A stretch of DNA of 64,000 bases from Octopus sinensis (Eukaryota), in NCBI RefSeq assembly GCF_006345805.1, contig NC_043002.1, positions 2,356,001 through 2,420,000 of the forward strand, written 5' to 3'. The notes beneath the pieces are model-generated. The model was not told the origin of the DNA. It did no database searches and saw only the letters and a list, made by a program, of their open reading frames with translations. Below, in pieces: positions 23,671 through 39,174 of the stretch; within the stretch, counting starts at the first letter, position 1, and every line of letters begins with the position of its first letter. A program made the translations under genes and the position numbers.

Positions 23671-26600
23671 TATAAGAAGGAAAATACAGAGCTCCGAAAT
23701 CTATCCACAAACATCGAAAACAAGGACATCCTATGGAGCCAAAGATTTACTAACAAAGAATTGGACTGTATCCGAGTAAATAATACTAATTGAAATTTAC
23801 TATTTTCGAAACGAAATGATGTATTTTGACTCGATATTATCTCCACCTCTAACACAACACATGTAAACATGCGTGGAACATCACGATCATCCCCGACCTC
23901 AAACACCATGTACAAAGGAACTACGAAGAAATTAAATGCCACCGATACTATTCAACCCAAGAATAACAATCGAGCGGTACGTACATTAAACCTACAACAA
24001 AAAATGTACGAAAAACTACACGTGCGAAATAATGTGACAACAGAAATAAACGGACCGGTACCCTACGAAAATGACGACCGTCAAAATAATGGGCCGGACG
24101 TTGTACCTCATGTCCCGCAAATAAAACCCAAAAGACGTAAATGGACACGTGAGGAATACATTTCTATCTTACACGCATACTTCACAGCAATGCTCTACCC
24201 ACAAAATGAAAATACAACAACATATATATAAAATATGGAAGGAAAATAATAGAGATATAGACTTGGATACAGCAATGAACCCTAATAAATTAGCTAACGT
24301 ACGAAGATACATTCTCAAAGCCAAAAAAATATCAGAATAGAAATAGAACATTTAAAAGAAAAAATACACCAGGAAATGTAGATAGAAGCCACACAACAAT
24401 GCCCAATAATATAAACACTGAAACTGTAAAACACGAAGACAAACGCAACATTCCCAACAAACACGATGTAAACAACGAAGGGGAGCCTAATGATTATGAT
24501 AATATAAAAAATAAAATAATCAAAGAACTGAAAACCACAGAGCCCAAAATGGACCACCGACCATACCTCCCAAGAATAAAAATAAACGCAATAACAACAC
24601 CAATTATAAACAACATAAACCTAGCCGTCACTGAACTAGCCACTGAAACAAAAAAAAGTGATATCACTGAACTAAATGACTTGATATACGCAGCAGCCAC
24701 AAAAGAAGCTGGATACTCACCCAAACCCGCCCAAACAGGAGTACCACCACCCAAACAAACCCTGTGGATAAATAACATCCAAAACAAAATTTAAAAAATT
24801 AGAAAAGACCTGTCGATTCTTAATGAAATCAGCAAACAAGCAACGCTACTGAGCAACAAAAATGCTCCGCAAATATAACATCACAGAAAAAGATTTGCCG
24901 AGATAAAAGAAAAGCTGAAGCAAGATATCCTTGCCAAAGCTCAAAGATCCGCCGGTACGAGAAACGCCAACGCTTCTTTGAACAGAACAAAAAGTTCAAC
25001 TCCAACCCCAAAACTTCTACCAAGAACTGGGCAAAAATAAAATAGAAGTCACTGCAGCACCAACGGCAGAAGAATTGGAAGAATTCTGGAGAGAAATATG
25101 GTCGGCGAACAAACAGCCAAAAAAAAGGAGTATCAAAATAACAAACTCGGCATCTGAACAACTTTGGACCCCCATAACAACTGAAGAGGTCACCAGGCAC
25201 TGCAAAAACTAAGCAACTGGAAGGCACCTGGGCATGACAAGATCCCCAACTTCTGGTTGAAATATCTAACAGGAATGCACAAAAAGCTGGCTGAAAACTT
25301 TAACAGCATACTAGCAGAGCCAGAGACAATGCCTGAATGGCTCACGAAGGGGAAAACCATCTTAATTCCCAAATCAAATGAAACAACAAAACCAGAAAAC
25401 TACAGACCAATAACCTGCCTCCCTACTATGTTCAAGGCATTTACTGCAGTGATATCGCAAGGCTGAACAAGCACCTGGACGAAAACAAACTGTTCCCAGA
25501 AGAGCAGAAAGGATGCCGCAAAGGCTCATATGGCTGTAAAGATCAACTAATGATTAATAAAGCCGTAACTGAAGACAGCCACAGAAAGAAGAAAGGCCTC
25601 AGTATGGCCTGGATTGACTACAAAAAGGCGTTTGATAGCATCCCCCACACATGGATCCTCGAAACACTAGCCATTAACAAAGTAGCACCAACAATCATAA
25701 AATTCATAGAGCGCTCTATGAATAAATGGCAAACAGTCCTACACCTCCAAACAAAAGAGGGACTCATGAAAACCAAAGACATCCTCATTAGAAGAGGAAT
25801 ATTCCAGGGAGACACGCTCTCTCCACTCCTTTTCTGCTTGGCACTGTCACCTCTATCTTATATGCTAAATAGAACTGGATGCGGATATAAATGTTACGGC
25901 AAAACGATCAACCACCTTTTATATATGGATGACGTAAAACTATACGCTGCAAATGACAAACAGCTGGAAACACTATTAAAGACAGTTCATGGATTTACCA
26001 AAGAAATAAATATGAAATTTGGATTAGAAAAATGCGCCAAAGTAACCATGAAAAGAGGAAAACTAGTTAAGAGTAACAACATCACACTAGATAAAACCAA
26101 TGAAATAAAAGAATTAGACCAAAGCCAAACTTACAAATACTTAGGAATCCATGAACTAGATAAGACACAACAACACACACAAAAAGAGAAAATAAAAAAA
26201 GAATATTATAGACGAGTTAGATCAATACTAAAAACAGAGCTCAATGCTAAAAAAGATAATAGGTATCAACACTTTAGCTGTCCCAGTTATAAGTTACAGC
26301 TACAATATCCTTAACTGGACACGAAATGAACTGTCCAAAATAGATAGGAAAACAAGAAAAATACTGACAGGATCTAGGATGCATCACCCAAAATCTGACA
26401 TAGAAAGACTATATATACAACGTATAGAAGGTGGTAGAGGCCTTATACAGCTGGAAAACTACTATAAAATAACCACCATAGGACTGCACAAATACCTACT
26501 TCAGAAGGAAGGAAAACTGATCCAGATAGCAGCAAAACACGAGCAAAACAAAAAACTGTTCTCAGTATTTAAGGAAGCTGACAAATACAAACAAGAATCA

Positions 26601-27577
26601 TACCACCTAATAAACACAAAGAAGAAAGAAGATGATGAAGAAACAACAAAAGCTATAAAACAAATGAAATCCAAACTAAAAATAGAACAGCAACGAGCCA
26701 TGATAAAACGATGGCAAGAAAAACCCCTTCATGGTAAATACTGCACTAAACTAAACGCAAAAGAAATAGACAAAGAAAATCCCAGCAATGGTTGAGAAGC
26801 TCAGGACTCAAAGCAGAGACAGAGGGATTTTTAATTGCAGCACAAGACCAAAGCCTCCCCACCCGAAGTTACCAAAAACATGTAATGAAAAGAAATATTA
26901 CAAGTAACTGCAGAATATGTGGAGATGGACAAGAAACAATAAATCATATTATCTCTAGCTGCCCAGTCCTGGCTAAGAAGGAATATATTCACAGACATGA
27001 CAGAGTTGGAACCTACATACATTGGAAGCTATGCCAACATTATGGAATAACAACAGAAAAAAGATGGTATAGGCACACACCAGAAAAGGTCACAGAAAAC
27101 GAGAAAGCAACCATACTCTGGGATATACCGATACACACAGATAGAGAAATTAAGGCCAACAGACCAGATATAGTTGTCAGAGATCATGAAGAAAAAAAAT
27201 GCTTTCTAATTGATGTATCAATACCGGCTGATGACAACGTGTCTCTAAAAGAAATGGAGAAACTCTCAAAATACAAAGACCTGGAAATAGAGGTAACTAG
27301 AATGTGGAACCTTAAAACAGAAACAATTCCCATCATAGTAAGTGCATTAGGCATGATAAAAAATATTCAGACAAATACATAACAAAAACACCAGGACTTA
27401 CAAACACATATAACATACAGAAAATTGCACACTACTAGGCACCGCACACATCCTACGCAGAACACTTTCCATACAATAACCATCAGAGCATCACAACAAA
27501 TCACAGCACATACCCAAGGCACACAGAGCTGCGCTCGGTAGTGAAGTGAAGCAAGCACGCTAAAAATAAAACTACTG
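23550..27577 (+). mobile_element. Near full-length R4/Dong-clade non-LTR retrotransposon (family A), frameshifted single ORF 23869-27479
   Basis: N-terminal RRKWTREEY; RT motifs ENYRPITCLPT, WIDYKKAFDSIPH, GIFQGDTLSPLLF, LLYMDDVKL, YKYLG; CCHC knuckle CRICGDGQETINHIISSC; REL NRPDIV...FLIDV...KY; (TAA)n on both flanks. Confidence 0.95.
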
Positions 27578-29585
<2,008 letters not shown>

Positions 29586-30479
29586 ACGGTTTTCAAACAT
29601 ACATTCGACCAGCTTTAAAAATTTAATACCCACAATTGTCTCTGTAAACATCCTTTTTTTTCTTCTCTCTAAAAACATCACGCTTTTCTTTTTGTGGACT
29701 TACAAAACCCTAAAACTTTCTATGAAAATCTGACTTTTCTTTGCTTCCTCCCTGAATATTCAAATATAAATGTAAACATATACTTTTTATTGCAAAAACA
29801 CACCTGTTCTTCTAACTGGACATACAAACATCTCTAGAAAAGTCAACTTCAACCTCTACAATATTACCTTACACGAAATATACAAACACTTTTTATTGCA
29901 ATAACACAAACGCACATGGAAAAAATATATATAATGATGCTAAGATTCTCTCTGGTCGAACACAACTTCTCTATTCACAAACAATACAGAACAGCCCTTC
30001 CTTAATTTTTCTTAAGTAGCAGTAAACATTTGAACTTTTTTTGACCGATAGAACCCCACCTAAAAAAAAAAAAAAATCGGTGATGATGGTGATGATGATA
30101 ATAATGATAGTAATAGTGCTGATAATCTATCTATCTATCTACACACACACACACACTCAAAGAGTTCGACCAACACAAACCTCACCTCGGCTCTATTGTT
30201 AACCAAATATGAAAGTATTATTTGACAGGCAAGAACTCTGGCATTGAAGACAGTCAGCCAGCCAACCACCAAGCCAGCCAACGAGACAGACAGACACTAC
30301 TGTGATGGTGATAATGATAAAAAAACAAAAATAACAATAATAAGATACTGCTGTGACTACACATAAAACAATATCATTGATGATGATGGTGGTGATGGTG
30401 ATGATGATAATGATGATGGTAATGGTGGTGATAATGATGATAGTGATGGTAATGGTGATGATAATAACAATAATAAGCC

Positions 30480-33400
30480 GACTACGGCTGCTATAATGGT
30501 ACGGTTATAATTGTAACGGCAATGATGGCCGTCTCCCCACGAGCCAACCAAAGCTAAAAAATGATAACATTATCGTAGCACCAAAATGTTTTTGGAAACT
30601 AAAAGGAAAACTAAATCAGTATACCAAATCGCTTGTCCTATGGTTAATCTGGAAGCGCGTCCCCCAGGGAATAGCCAGCCTGGGATCGAAAAGTCATCAA
30701 CTGGCACAAACTCTTCTCCGAATACGGACATGGATGGTCACTTGAACGGGAAATCCCCCAACTCGAGCCCTCCAAGTTCACCACCACAACCACCACAGAA
30801 AGAAAAATGTAAGCGGAACAAATGGACCCGAGAAGAGTATAAAGAAGTAATATACGCTTATTACTATGCATTAGGTAGGCCATCTCAAGAGAGACACACC
30901 GCAAACTCTTACAGTATATAGAGAACACAGAATCAAGACAGTAGGCCCTATTTGGACGAGAACAAATTGGCAAATGTGAGGAGGCATATCCTTAGAAATA
31001 ATAGACTCACAGACAGTGAAATAAGTGCGATCAAGCACGCAACGGAAAATGACATAAATATAAGACACAAAGGAACTGAAGAATCAGATGAACAGTATAG
31101 CCCGCCACGAGGTTTAATTGAAAGACTGCCATCTGACCAAAGTACGCAAAGGCCTGAAGATACAAGAAATTCTATTGTACATGTTAAAGATAGCCAGGAA
31201 AACGAAAAAAACAACAGTAACTGAAGATCTCGCATTTGCTGAAGAACACAGAGAGTCTATGGCAGAAATGCGGCAGAAAATCCTGAATACGCTTGAAGTT
31301 GTAAGACATACAAGTATGAATGATAGAGAACCACTTCATAAACTCTCAAATACAAACCAAAATAAAAAACAAATCCAAATTGGCAACTATGTAACAAATG
31401 AAATAATAATTAAAACCTGATTTTACTGAGTTAAATGAAATTATTTACGCTTCTGCTAGGGCAATTGAAACCAGCTGTATGCCCCCGAAAAAACAAAGAA
31501 AACCAAACCTGGGAAGAAATCAAACCTGGAGAAGTAAAATTAAAAAAGAGATTGAATTTATGAGAGGGGAAATATCAATATTAAATGAACTAATATGTGG
31601 AAATGATGTAAGATCCAGAACAGGAAGAAAGATGAAGAGAAAATTTGGATCCTCACCAAGAGAAGAACTGATATCAATAAAAGAAACGCTGAAACAAAAA
31701 GTCCAAGCAAAAGCCCAAAGAATACGAAGATTTGAGAAGAGAAACAAGTTTTACAAGCAAAATAAGCTGTTCACATCCAATGCCAAAAAATTCTACAGAG
31801 AAATAGGGAAGGAGAACGTAACCGTTAAAGACCCCCCTCCCATGGAAGAAGTTCAAAACTTTCGGAAAAGGATTTGGAGTGACAAGAAGACGTACAACAT
31901 AAATGCAAACTGGATTATACAGACTGAAGGATCCTACCAAAATTTACAACAACAAGCATGGGAAGACATCACAATAGCAGACCTAAGAAAGGCACTCACG
32001 AAGGCCCATAATTGGAAATCGCCCGGTAAAGATAGGGTGCCGAATTTCTGGCTCGCATCGCTCCCATGCGCACACGGTAAGCTAGTTCAGCTGCTTAATG
32101 GAATTATGAGAGACCCAAAGAAAACACCTGAATGGTTAGCAAGTGGTATTACTTACCTACTCCCAAAGAATAACGAAACCAACCTTCCAAATAACTATCG
32201 GCCTATAACCTGTCTATCCACCACGTATAAAATCCTAACATCTATCCTGGCGGAGGAAACATATGCATTCATGGAGAAGAACGATATTTTCCCCATTGAA
32301 CAAAAAGGGTGCCGCCGAGGCTCTTACGGATGCAAAGATCAACTGCTAATCAATCGTATGATCCTTGAGAACTGTCACAACAAGCGCAGAAATCTCAGCT
32401 CCGCATGGATTGACTATAAAAAGGCCTTCGACAGTATACCGCATCCATGGATCTTGAGATCGCTGGACATCTTCAAAATTTCCCCTGTGATTTCAAACTT
32501 CCTGAAGCACAATATGTCGTTGTGGAATACGAATCTCCAATTATACCACTCTAATGGAGTACTTGCCTCAGAAAATATAAACATCAACTATGGATAGCCC
32601 TAATACCCCTTACAAGTGAATTAAACAGAACAGGGTATGGGTATAAAATTGGCAATAAAAAAATAAGCCATCTATTTTATATGGATGACTTAAAACTCTA
32701 TGGTAAAGACAATAATGAACTTGAAGGCCTATTGCGCACTGTGAAAGCATTCAGCGATGACATTGCGATGGAGTTTGGACTTGAGATGTGTGCCAAGGCC
32801 ACTTTCCAGAAAGGGAAAGTGAAGACCACAAATTCAGTCATGTTAGATATTGACACAGTCATAAGATAGCTTGAGCAAGAACAAACATACAAATATTTAG
32901 GGATAAATGAAGGCTCTGGTATTCAGCATGCAAGCATGAAAGAGAAGATCAGGAAGGAATGTTATAGGAGAGTTCGTGCAGTCCTGAAATCTGAACTAAA
33001 TGCACGTAACAAGGTGTTAGCTATAAATTCCTTAGCAGTTCCAGTTGTTACTTATAGCTACAATGTGTTGAACTGGAATATGAGTGAAGTAAAGAATATA
33101 GATAGGAAAATACGCAAGCTGCTGAGTTGTAATAGGATGCACCACCCAAAGGCAGACGTAGATCGCCTTTACCTTCCCAGAGCCCAAGGAGGTCGAGGCC
33201 TGATCCAATTTGAACTAGCTTACAAAACAACCACAATTGGACTGGCCAAATATCTTGAAATAACGAATGACTGGATGCTAAAGCTCGTGGAAAATCACGA
33301 GAGACGAAAGAAGCTTCATTCTATCATAAAGGAAAGCAAAACATTTGCTATTGATCTCGTGCAGGATACCCAAACTGAACGACCCAAGGGAAGTATGGCA

Positions 33401-34262
33401 ACTATTGTTGCAAAGAAGGTAAAAATAATGGCAACGAAAAAAGCGCACGAGCAATTGGCTGATAGGTGGGAGGAGAAACCTCTGCACGGCAAATATGTGG
33501 CCCGCAGCAAACAAGCTGATGTTGACCAGAAGCAAACCCATCAGTGGCTACGGAGCTCAGGGCTAAAAGCAGAGATCGAAGGTTTCATCCCGGCTGCTCA
33601 AGATCAAAGCCTATTAACCCGGAACTACCAGGCCAATGTGATGAAAAATGGAGCAGACCCAAAATGCCGATTCTGCAACGACATGATTGAAACAGTGGAC
33701 CACCTAATCTCTGGATGTAAAGTCTTAGCACCAGTGGAGTATAAATTAAGACATGACTAATAAGTCGGCATTACAATATCAAAACTGCCGACAAGTGGTA
33801 TAATCACCACCCTGAGGCTGTAACTGAAGGAGAAAATGTAACCATTCTGTGGGACTTTCCAGTACATACAGACCGAACCATCAAGGCCAATAAACCAGAT
33901 ATTGTTGTGAAAGATCAAAACAATAAAGTTTGCTCATTGAGCGACATGAGCATCCCCTGTGATCATAATATCTCGGCGAAAGAGTTTGACAAGCTCAGAA
34001 AATATAAAGACCTACTCATTGAAATTGAGGAAATGTGGCATCTCAAGGCGGTTACAATACCAGTGATCGTAGGAGCACTAGCAATGATCAAGAAGGGAAC
34101 CGAAAATTATATGAGAATGATCCCTGGCTTACCATCCCTGCAAGAAGTGCAAAAGATTGTCTTAACTGGTACATCACACGTATTGAGAAGAGCATTGTTG
34201 ATGTGAATTATTACTACCGATGTATTTTAATTTAACTTAAAAAAAAAAATGAACGAACTAGA
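30480..34262 (+). mobile_element. Near full-length R4/Dong-clade element (family B), disrupted ORF about 30586-34206, 3' UTR truncated
   Basis: RNKWTREEY; NNYRPITCLSTTYK, WIDYKKAFDSIPH, YMDDLKLYGK, YKYLG; CRFCNDMIETVDHLISGC; KPDIVV; deletion near 32595 removing the GIFQGD motif; 5' boundary approximate. Confidence 0.93.
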
Positions 34263-34265
34263 AGT

Positions 34266-34269
<4 letters not shown>

Positions 34270-34299
<30 letters not shown>

Positions 34300-34552
34300 A
34301 AGAAGAGAAGAAGAAAAAGAAGAAGAAGAAGAAGAAGAAGAAGAAGAAGAGAAGAAGAAGAGAAGAAAAGGAAAAGAAGAAGCAGAAGAAGAAGAAGAAG
34401 AAGAAGAAGAAGCAGAAGAAGAGGAAGACGAAGCAGAAGAAGAGAAAGAAGAAGAGGAAGAAGAAGAAGAAGCAATAAGAAGCAAAGAAGAAGCAGAAGA
34501 AGAAGAAGAAGAATAAGAAGAAGAAGAAAAGGAAGAAGAAGAAGAAGAAAAA

Positions 34553-34583
<31 letters not shown>

Positions 34584-34686
34584 AAGAAAAGCAGAAGAAG
34601 TGAAGAAGAACAAAGAAGAAGAAAAGAATAAAGAAGAAGATAATAAGCAGAAGAAGCAGAAGAAGACAGAAGATATAAGAAGAAGA

Positions 34687-34717
<31 letters not shown>

Positions 34718-34924
34718 AAGAAGAAGAAAGAAGAATCAAAGAAGAGGAAAATAAGCAGAAGAAGAATAAAATAAGCATAATAAAGGAAGTAGAAGAATAA
34801 GCAGAAGAGGAAGAAGAAATCAGAAAAGAATAAGAAGAAGAAGAGAAGAAGAAGAATAAGAAGCAGAATAAAGGAGAGAAGAAGAAAGGAAGAAGAAGAC
34901 GAAGAAGAAGAAGAGGAAGAAGAA
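34270..34924. repeat. About 650-bp imperfect (GAA)n polypurine tract
   Basis: Directly visible; interspersed GCA/TAA/GGA variant triplets. Confidence 0.95.
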
Positions 34925-34926
34925 CA

Positions 34927-35128
34927 CCTTCTACAAAGCCTGTCAAATTCTGGAGTGGTAAGTCGATTACATCGACCCCAGCACTCAACCGGTTCTTATT
35001 TTATCGATCCCGAAAGGATGAAAGGCAAAGTCGACCGCGGCGGAATTTGAAATCAGAACTTAGAGACGGACGAAATAACGATAAGCATTTTGGCCGGCAT
35101 GCTAACGATTCTGCCAGCTGACCGCCTT
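34927..35128 (-). mobile_element. OK-like SINE
   Basis: Reverse complement starts AAGGCGGTCAGCTGGCAGAATCGTTAGC. Confidence 0.85.
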
Positions 35129-35138
35129 AATAATAATA

Positions 35139-35995
35139 AGGTACAACCACAAACCTGAAGGCATCGTCGAAAATAGAAATGCAAAGATCCTACGGGATTT
35201 TATGATTCAGTGAGACCCTGAGATAGAGAATAGGAAGCCGGACATAGTCATAATTGAGAAAGAAAGCAAACTATGCTGGATCATAGATACAGAATGCTCA
35301 GCTGACAACAAGGTATGCAATAAGAAAGAAAGAAAAGTCGAGAAGTATGACAGGCTAGCTTGGGAGGTTAAGCATCTGTGGTCGAGGAAAAAGGTGGTAG
35401 TGGTACCAATAATTGCCGGAGCCCTGGGAACAGGGAGCAAAATCTCGAGAAGTACGCGGAACAAATAGGGGTTTCAATAAGGATGGAGTACTTGCAGAAA
35501 ACAGCACTGCTTGGAACCGCTCGAATACTCTGGGAGGTGCTCGAAAAATAAGAGGTGTTACCTTAGTTCACTGGTAAAAAAGACTCCGCCGGTTACGACG
35601 ACGAGGGTCCCAGCTGATACGATCAACGGAACAGCTTGCTCGTGAAATTAACGTGCAAATGGCTGAGCATTCCACAGACACGTGTACCCTTAACGTAGTT
35701 CTCGGGGATAATCAGCGTGACACAGAGAGTGACAAGGCTGACCCTTTGAAATACAAGTACAACTCATTTTTGCCAGCTGAGTGGACTGGAGCAACGTGAA
35801 ATAAAGTGTCTTGCTCAAGGACACAACGGGTCGCCGGGAATCGAACTCACAACCTTACGATCATGAGCCGAATGCCCTAACCACTAAGCCACGCGCCCTC
35901 ACTAGTTCACTGGTAGTGAACAGCTGACACCGTAGTACATCTCCAGCATTAGAAGCTGTGCAAAAGCAATAATAATAATAATAATAATAATAATA
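35139..35995 (+). mobile_element. 3' fragment of a Dong-like element (REL region + 3' UTR + (TAA)n), interrupted by a SINE
   Basis: RKPDIVIIEK, LQKTALLGTARILWEVLE; preceded by (TAA)3 and followed by (TAA)n. Confidence 0.8.
35577..35902 (-). mobile_element. OR-like tRNA SINE, full length, with 13-bp TSD
   Basis: Minus-strand A box TGGCTTAGTGG and B box GAGTTCGATTCCC; TSD TAGTTCACTGGTA at 35564-35576 and 35903-35915. Confidence 0.92.
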
Positions 35996-36119
35996 TTAGT
36001 TTTTTTTTATAGAAATAAAGTTAAATTAAAATACATGGGTAGTAATAGTTCTCACATCGACAATGCTCTTCTCAATACGTGTGATGTACCAGTTAAGACA
36101 ATCTTTTTTTTTTTGGCTT

Positions 36120-36398
36120 ACCATCCCTGCAAGAAGTGCGAAGGATCGTCTTAACTGGTACATCACACGTATTGAGAAGAGCATTGTCGATGTGAGAACT
36201 ATTACTACCCATGTATTTTAATTTAACTTTATTTCTATAAAGAAAAAAATGAACGAACTGGTGAGTTTAGTTTAATGGCCTACCAATGTATACAATGAGT
36301 TTCTTTGTCCTAGGAGTCGGAAAGACACTCGGCAAGAAATGGAAGCAGATTTAAAAGAAGAAGAAAAACCCATAAACAACAATAATAATAATAATAAT
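36120..36398 (+). mobile_element. 3'-terminal fragment of Dong family B with complete 3' UTR and (TAA)n tail
   Basis: 36120-36260 closely matches 34132-34260 (SLQEV..IVLTGTSHVLRRAL). Confidence 0.85.
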
Positions 36399-36966
36399 AT
36401 ACCCCCGTGCAGTACCAGGCAGTGGCTCTCATGGCTTCTAATCTTAACTGATTGGAAGTGTTATCATGTACATTGTTTTGTCTTGGTATAAAAGATAGGC
36501 TACATCAAACATTCTGCTCAAAACCACAGATTTGCTTCTCAATTGTTTGACCATAACCAGTTGAGCATGTCCCTTAGTGGCTGACGATATGTGCATCTCT
36601 GATCACGAGCAGAAGTAGTAGGGGAGCATCATAGCCATGTGTTGAGAGGAATTCTTTGGGGGTTGGATAATACACCTCTGGAAACATGGGTGTTTCGTTC
36701 AACATCCTTAAACAACCCTTAATCAGGGACCTTTTGAGCGGGATGAGTTACACGACCAGAAAAAAATTCTAACTGAGCCTCACCTGCAAGGTTATGTGCT
36801 GTTTATCTTGATATGAAATCACCACGTCGCGCATACGTGGTTGTGACGCATGTGCTGAGTGTACTCTTATCAGACGGGTAGTCCTGATGGGTATACTGGG
36901 CTTCGTATATTTTACCCCAGTGTCACTTTGATGGCATGCACTGATCTCTCACTCAATAATAATAAT
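36399..36966 (+). mobile_element. Putative non-autonomous, ORF-less element bracketed by (TAA)n
   Basis: About 555 bp of unique-looking sequence between two (TAA)n arrays, ending CTCTCACTC(AAT)n; no tRNA boxes and no ORF. Confidence 0.5.
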
Positions 36967-36974
36967 GACAACGA

Positions 36975-37212
36975 CAGTATATGGTGATGAGACGAGCAAA
37001 GCTTTTTCTGAACAGAACGCGTGTAGTTGCCAAATGGTGAAATGTGAAGGCAATTCAACCTCAATCCAGCTATAAATACCTGGGAATACTTGAGGCAGAT
37101 AGAAGCAAACAATGACATGAAGGAAGAGACAAAAAGAGAGTATCAGCGGCGAGTGAGAAAAACATTGTCTTCAAAGTTCAGTGCCAGGAACATAATTTCG
37201 GCAATAAACCCG
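36975..37212 (+). mobile_element. Internal Dong-like RT fragment
   Basis: YKYLGILEA...KEETKREYQRRVRKTLSSKFSARNIISAIN. Confidence 0.7.
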
Positions 37213-39095
37213 TCTAGAGATGGTGCGTCGATAAAAATACTTGTGGTTGTGACACCTTATCAACTCTTTCATGTGCGTGAGAGTAATGAATAATAGAATT
37301 GACACAAACAACGGCGTAAATGAGGATGGGACGATAGGTGACGTATTTTTACCCGGCAGGTGCCCTGTAGATGAGCAGCACAGGCCCGCTCGTCATAATA
37401 CGGCCCCCAGATCTAAATGGACAAAGATGATGAATACAGCTGCCATGGAATGTTAGTTTTTGAAAAGAAACACTGAAAATGAAGGGAGAATCACAAGAGG
37501 ATGTAGAAAGATGATGCATAACATATGGATGGAGAAGCCGGGTGCAGGTATTACGGAAGACAGACTATGTGGCCAGGTAAGAGGAATAAAGAAGAAAGAA
37601 TGGCTAACAGTAATAGAGCTCGATGAGATTAGGAGGCGGGTGATGACAGAAAACAGGGGAAGCGATGCAGAAGGAGAGACAGAGAATGATGACGATGCTG
37701 CACTTAATGAGAGGAAATGAGAGAAGTATAATGTCCGAAGCAGTGAGTGTAGAAAAGGGTTGAATAACGAAGACAAAGGAATGATCGAAGACATTACTAG
37801 AATCCTTGGGGAAAACCTGGATATGGAAATAAATGGATTCAGGGAAGTAGATAGAAATTTGCTCAGGGGGTGGACCCTTAAGGTGAATAAAATACTGAAA
37901 GAAATCAAGACAGATAATATAAGCGGAGCGAAGAGATTGATTAAAACCTGCATCTTCTGTACAGGAAATAAAGTAGGCCTCGAACCCAACCATAAATGTG
38001 GGAATGAAAAAAAACGAAGTTTGGTGGAAAAGAACAATAAAGCAATCAATGAAAGAACTGCAAAAACATATCACCATCTTGGAAAGAAAGGAAAAAAGTG
38101 AAATTAAGTGAGAGGAGAAATATCAGGAAATAGAATGTAGTTATGGGATAAAGAAAAAGGAAGCTAAATGCAGTTCTTGAAGAGCTGAAACAAAGATTGC
38201 AGGCTAAAGCGACAAAGATCAAGAGATATGACTAAAACATTGAAGAATATAAAAAACAGATTGTTCCAACATGACTAGAAAAAGGTTTATCAACAGCTGA
38301 ATGAAAAGCTGTGAGAGACCAGACCCTTGAAGGAATTAACAGATTTTGGAGTAACAGATGGGATAATGGAAGAAAGCATAACAAAGATGCGACGGTTTAT
38401 ATCAGGAAAGGCATATTTCAAGGAGATAGCCTGTCACCGCTGCGGTTTGTGATTTGTATGATACCCGTCACACAGGTACAACGGAAAGTGACATCGGGGT
38501 ACAACTTGAAGAGTGGAGGAAAATTAAATCATCTGTTATATATGGATGGGTTAAAATCTTTGGAAAGACTGGATGTGAAATAAATTGTCTAATTTCACCA
38601 GTGCAGATATTTAGTAAGGATATCGGAATGGAATTTGAGACTAAAATGTGTGGTATGTTTATAATACAAAGAGGCAAAATGGTGTCGTCTGATGGTGTAG
38701 AACTACCCAACGGCGAGAAAAATCAAGGATATTGAGACTAATGGATATAAATATCTGGGGATTTTAGAATGCGACAAAATCAAGGAAAATGAAATGAAGG
38801 AAAGCTAGAAGTGATGACAATTAACAAGGAACTACACCCGAAAAGCGATACTGACAGACTGTATGTGCCTAGAAACAGAGGTGGAGGAGGTCTCATAGGA
38901 TGCAAGATCTGTGTTGTCAACGAGAAGAACAGTCTGGGATGGTACATCAAACAGCAGAGGGAATCCTTATTTGCCGCTGTTAGAATTAACAATAAAATAC
39001 CTACCGAAATTGCGATGCACTCACACAGATTTAAGAAACAAAATGAACCAGGAAGAATAAACAACTGGAAAATGAAATCACTGCAAAGGAAAACA
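37213..39095 (+). mobile_element. Dong-like element (family C) with 5' end, large internal deletions, no REL domain
   Basis: N-terminus NNGVNEDGT...RSKWTKMMN; GIFQGDSLSPL, HLLYMDGLK, LHPKSDTDRLYVPRNRGGGGL; ends in an (ATC)/(ATA)n array. Confidence 0.8.
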
Positions 39096-39110
39096 CATAT
39101 CATCATCATC

Positions 39111-39174
<64 letters not shown>

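Noticed and set aside
30480-30575. HDV-like ribozyme at the Dong B 5' end (TCCCCAC loop, GCTAA), and a similar motif at 53395-53415 minus
   Set aside because: I could not build a consistent P1/P1.1/P2/P3/P4 double pseudoknot by hand; an RNArobo/Infernal search would be decisive
34227-34988. 253-aa and 146-aa Arg/Leu/Ser-rich ORFs
   Set aside because: Artefacts of the GAA/TTC tract
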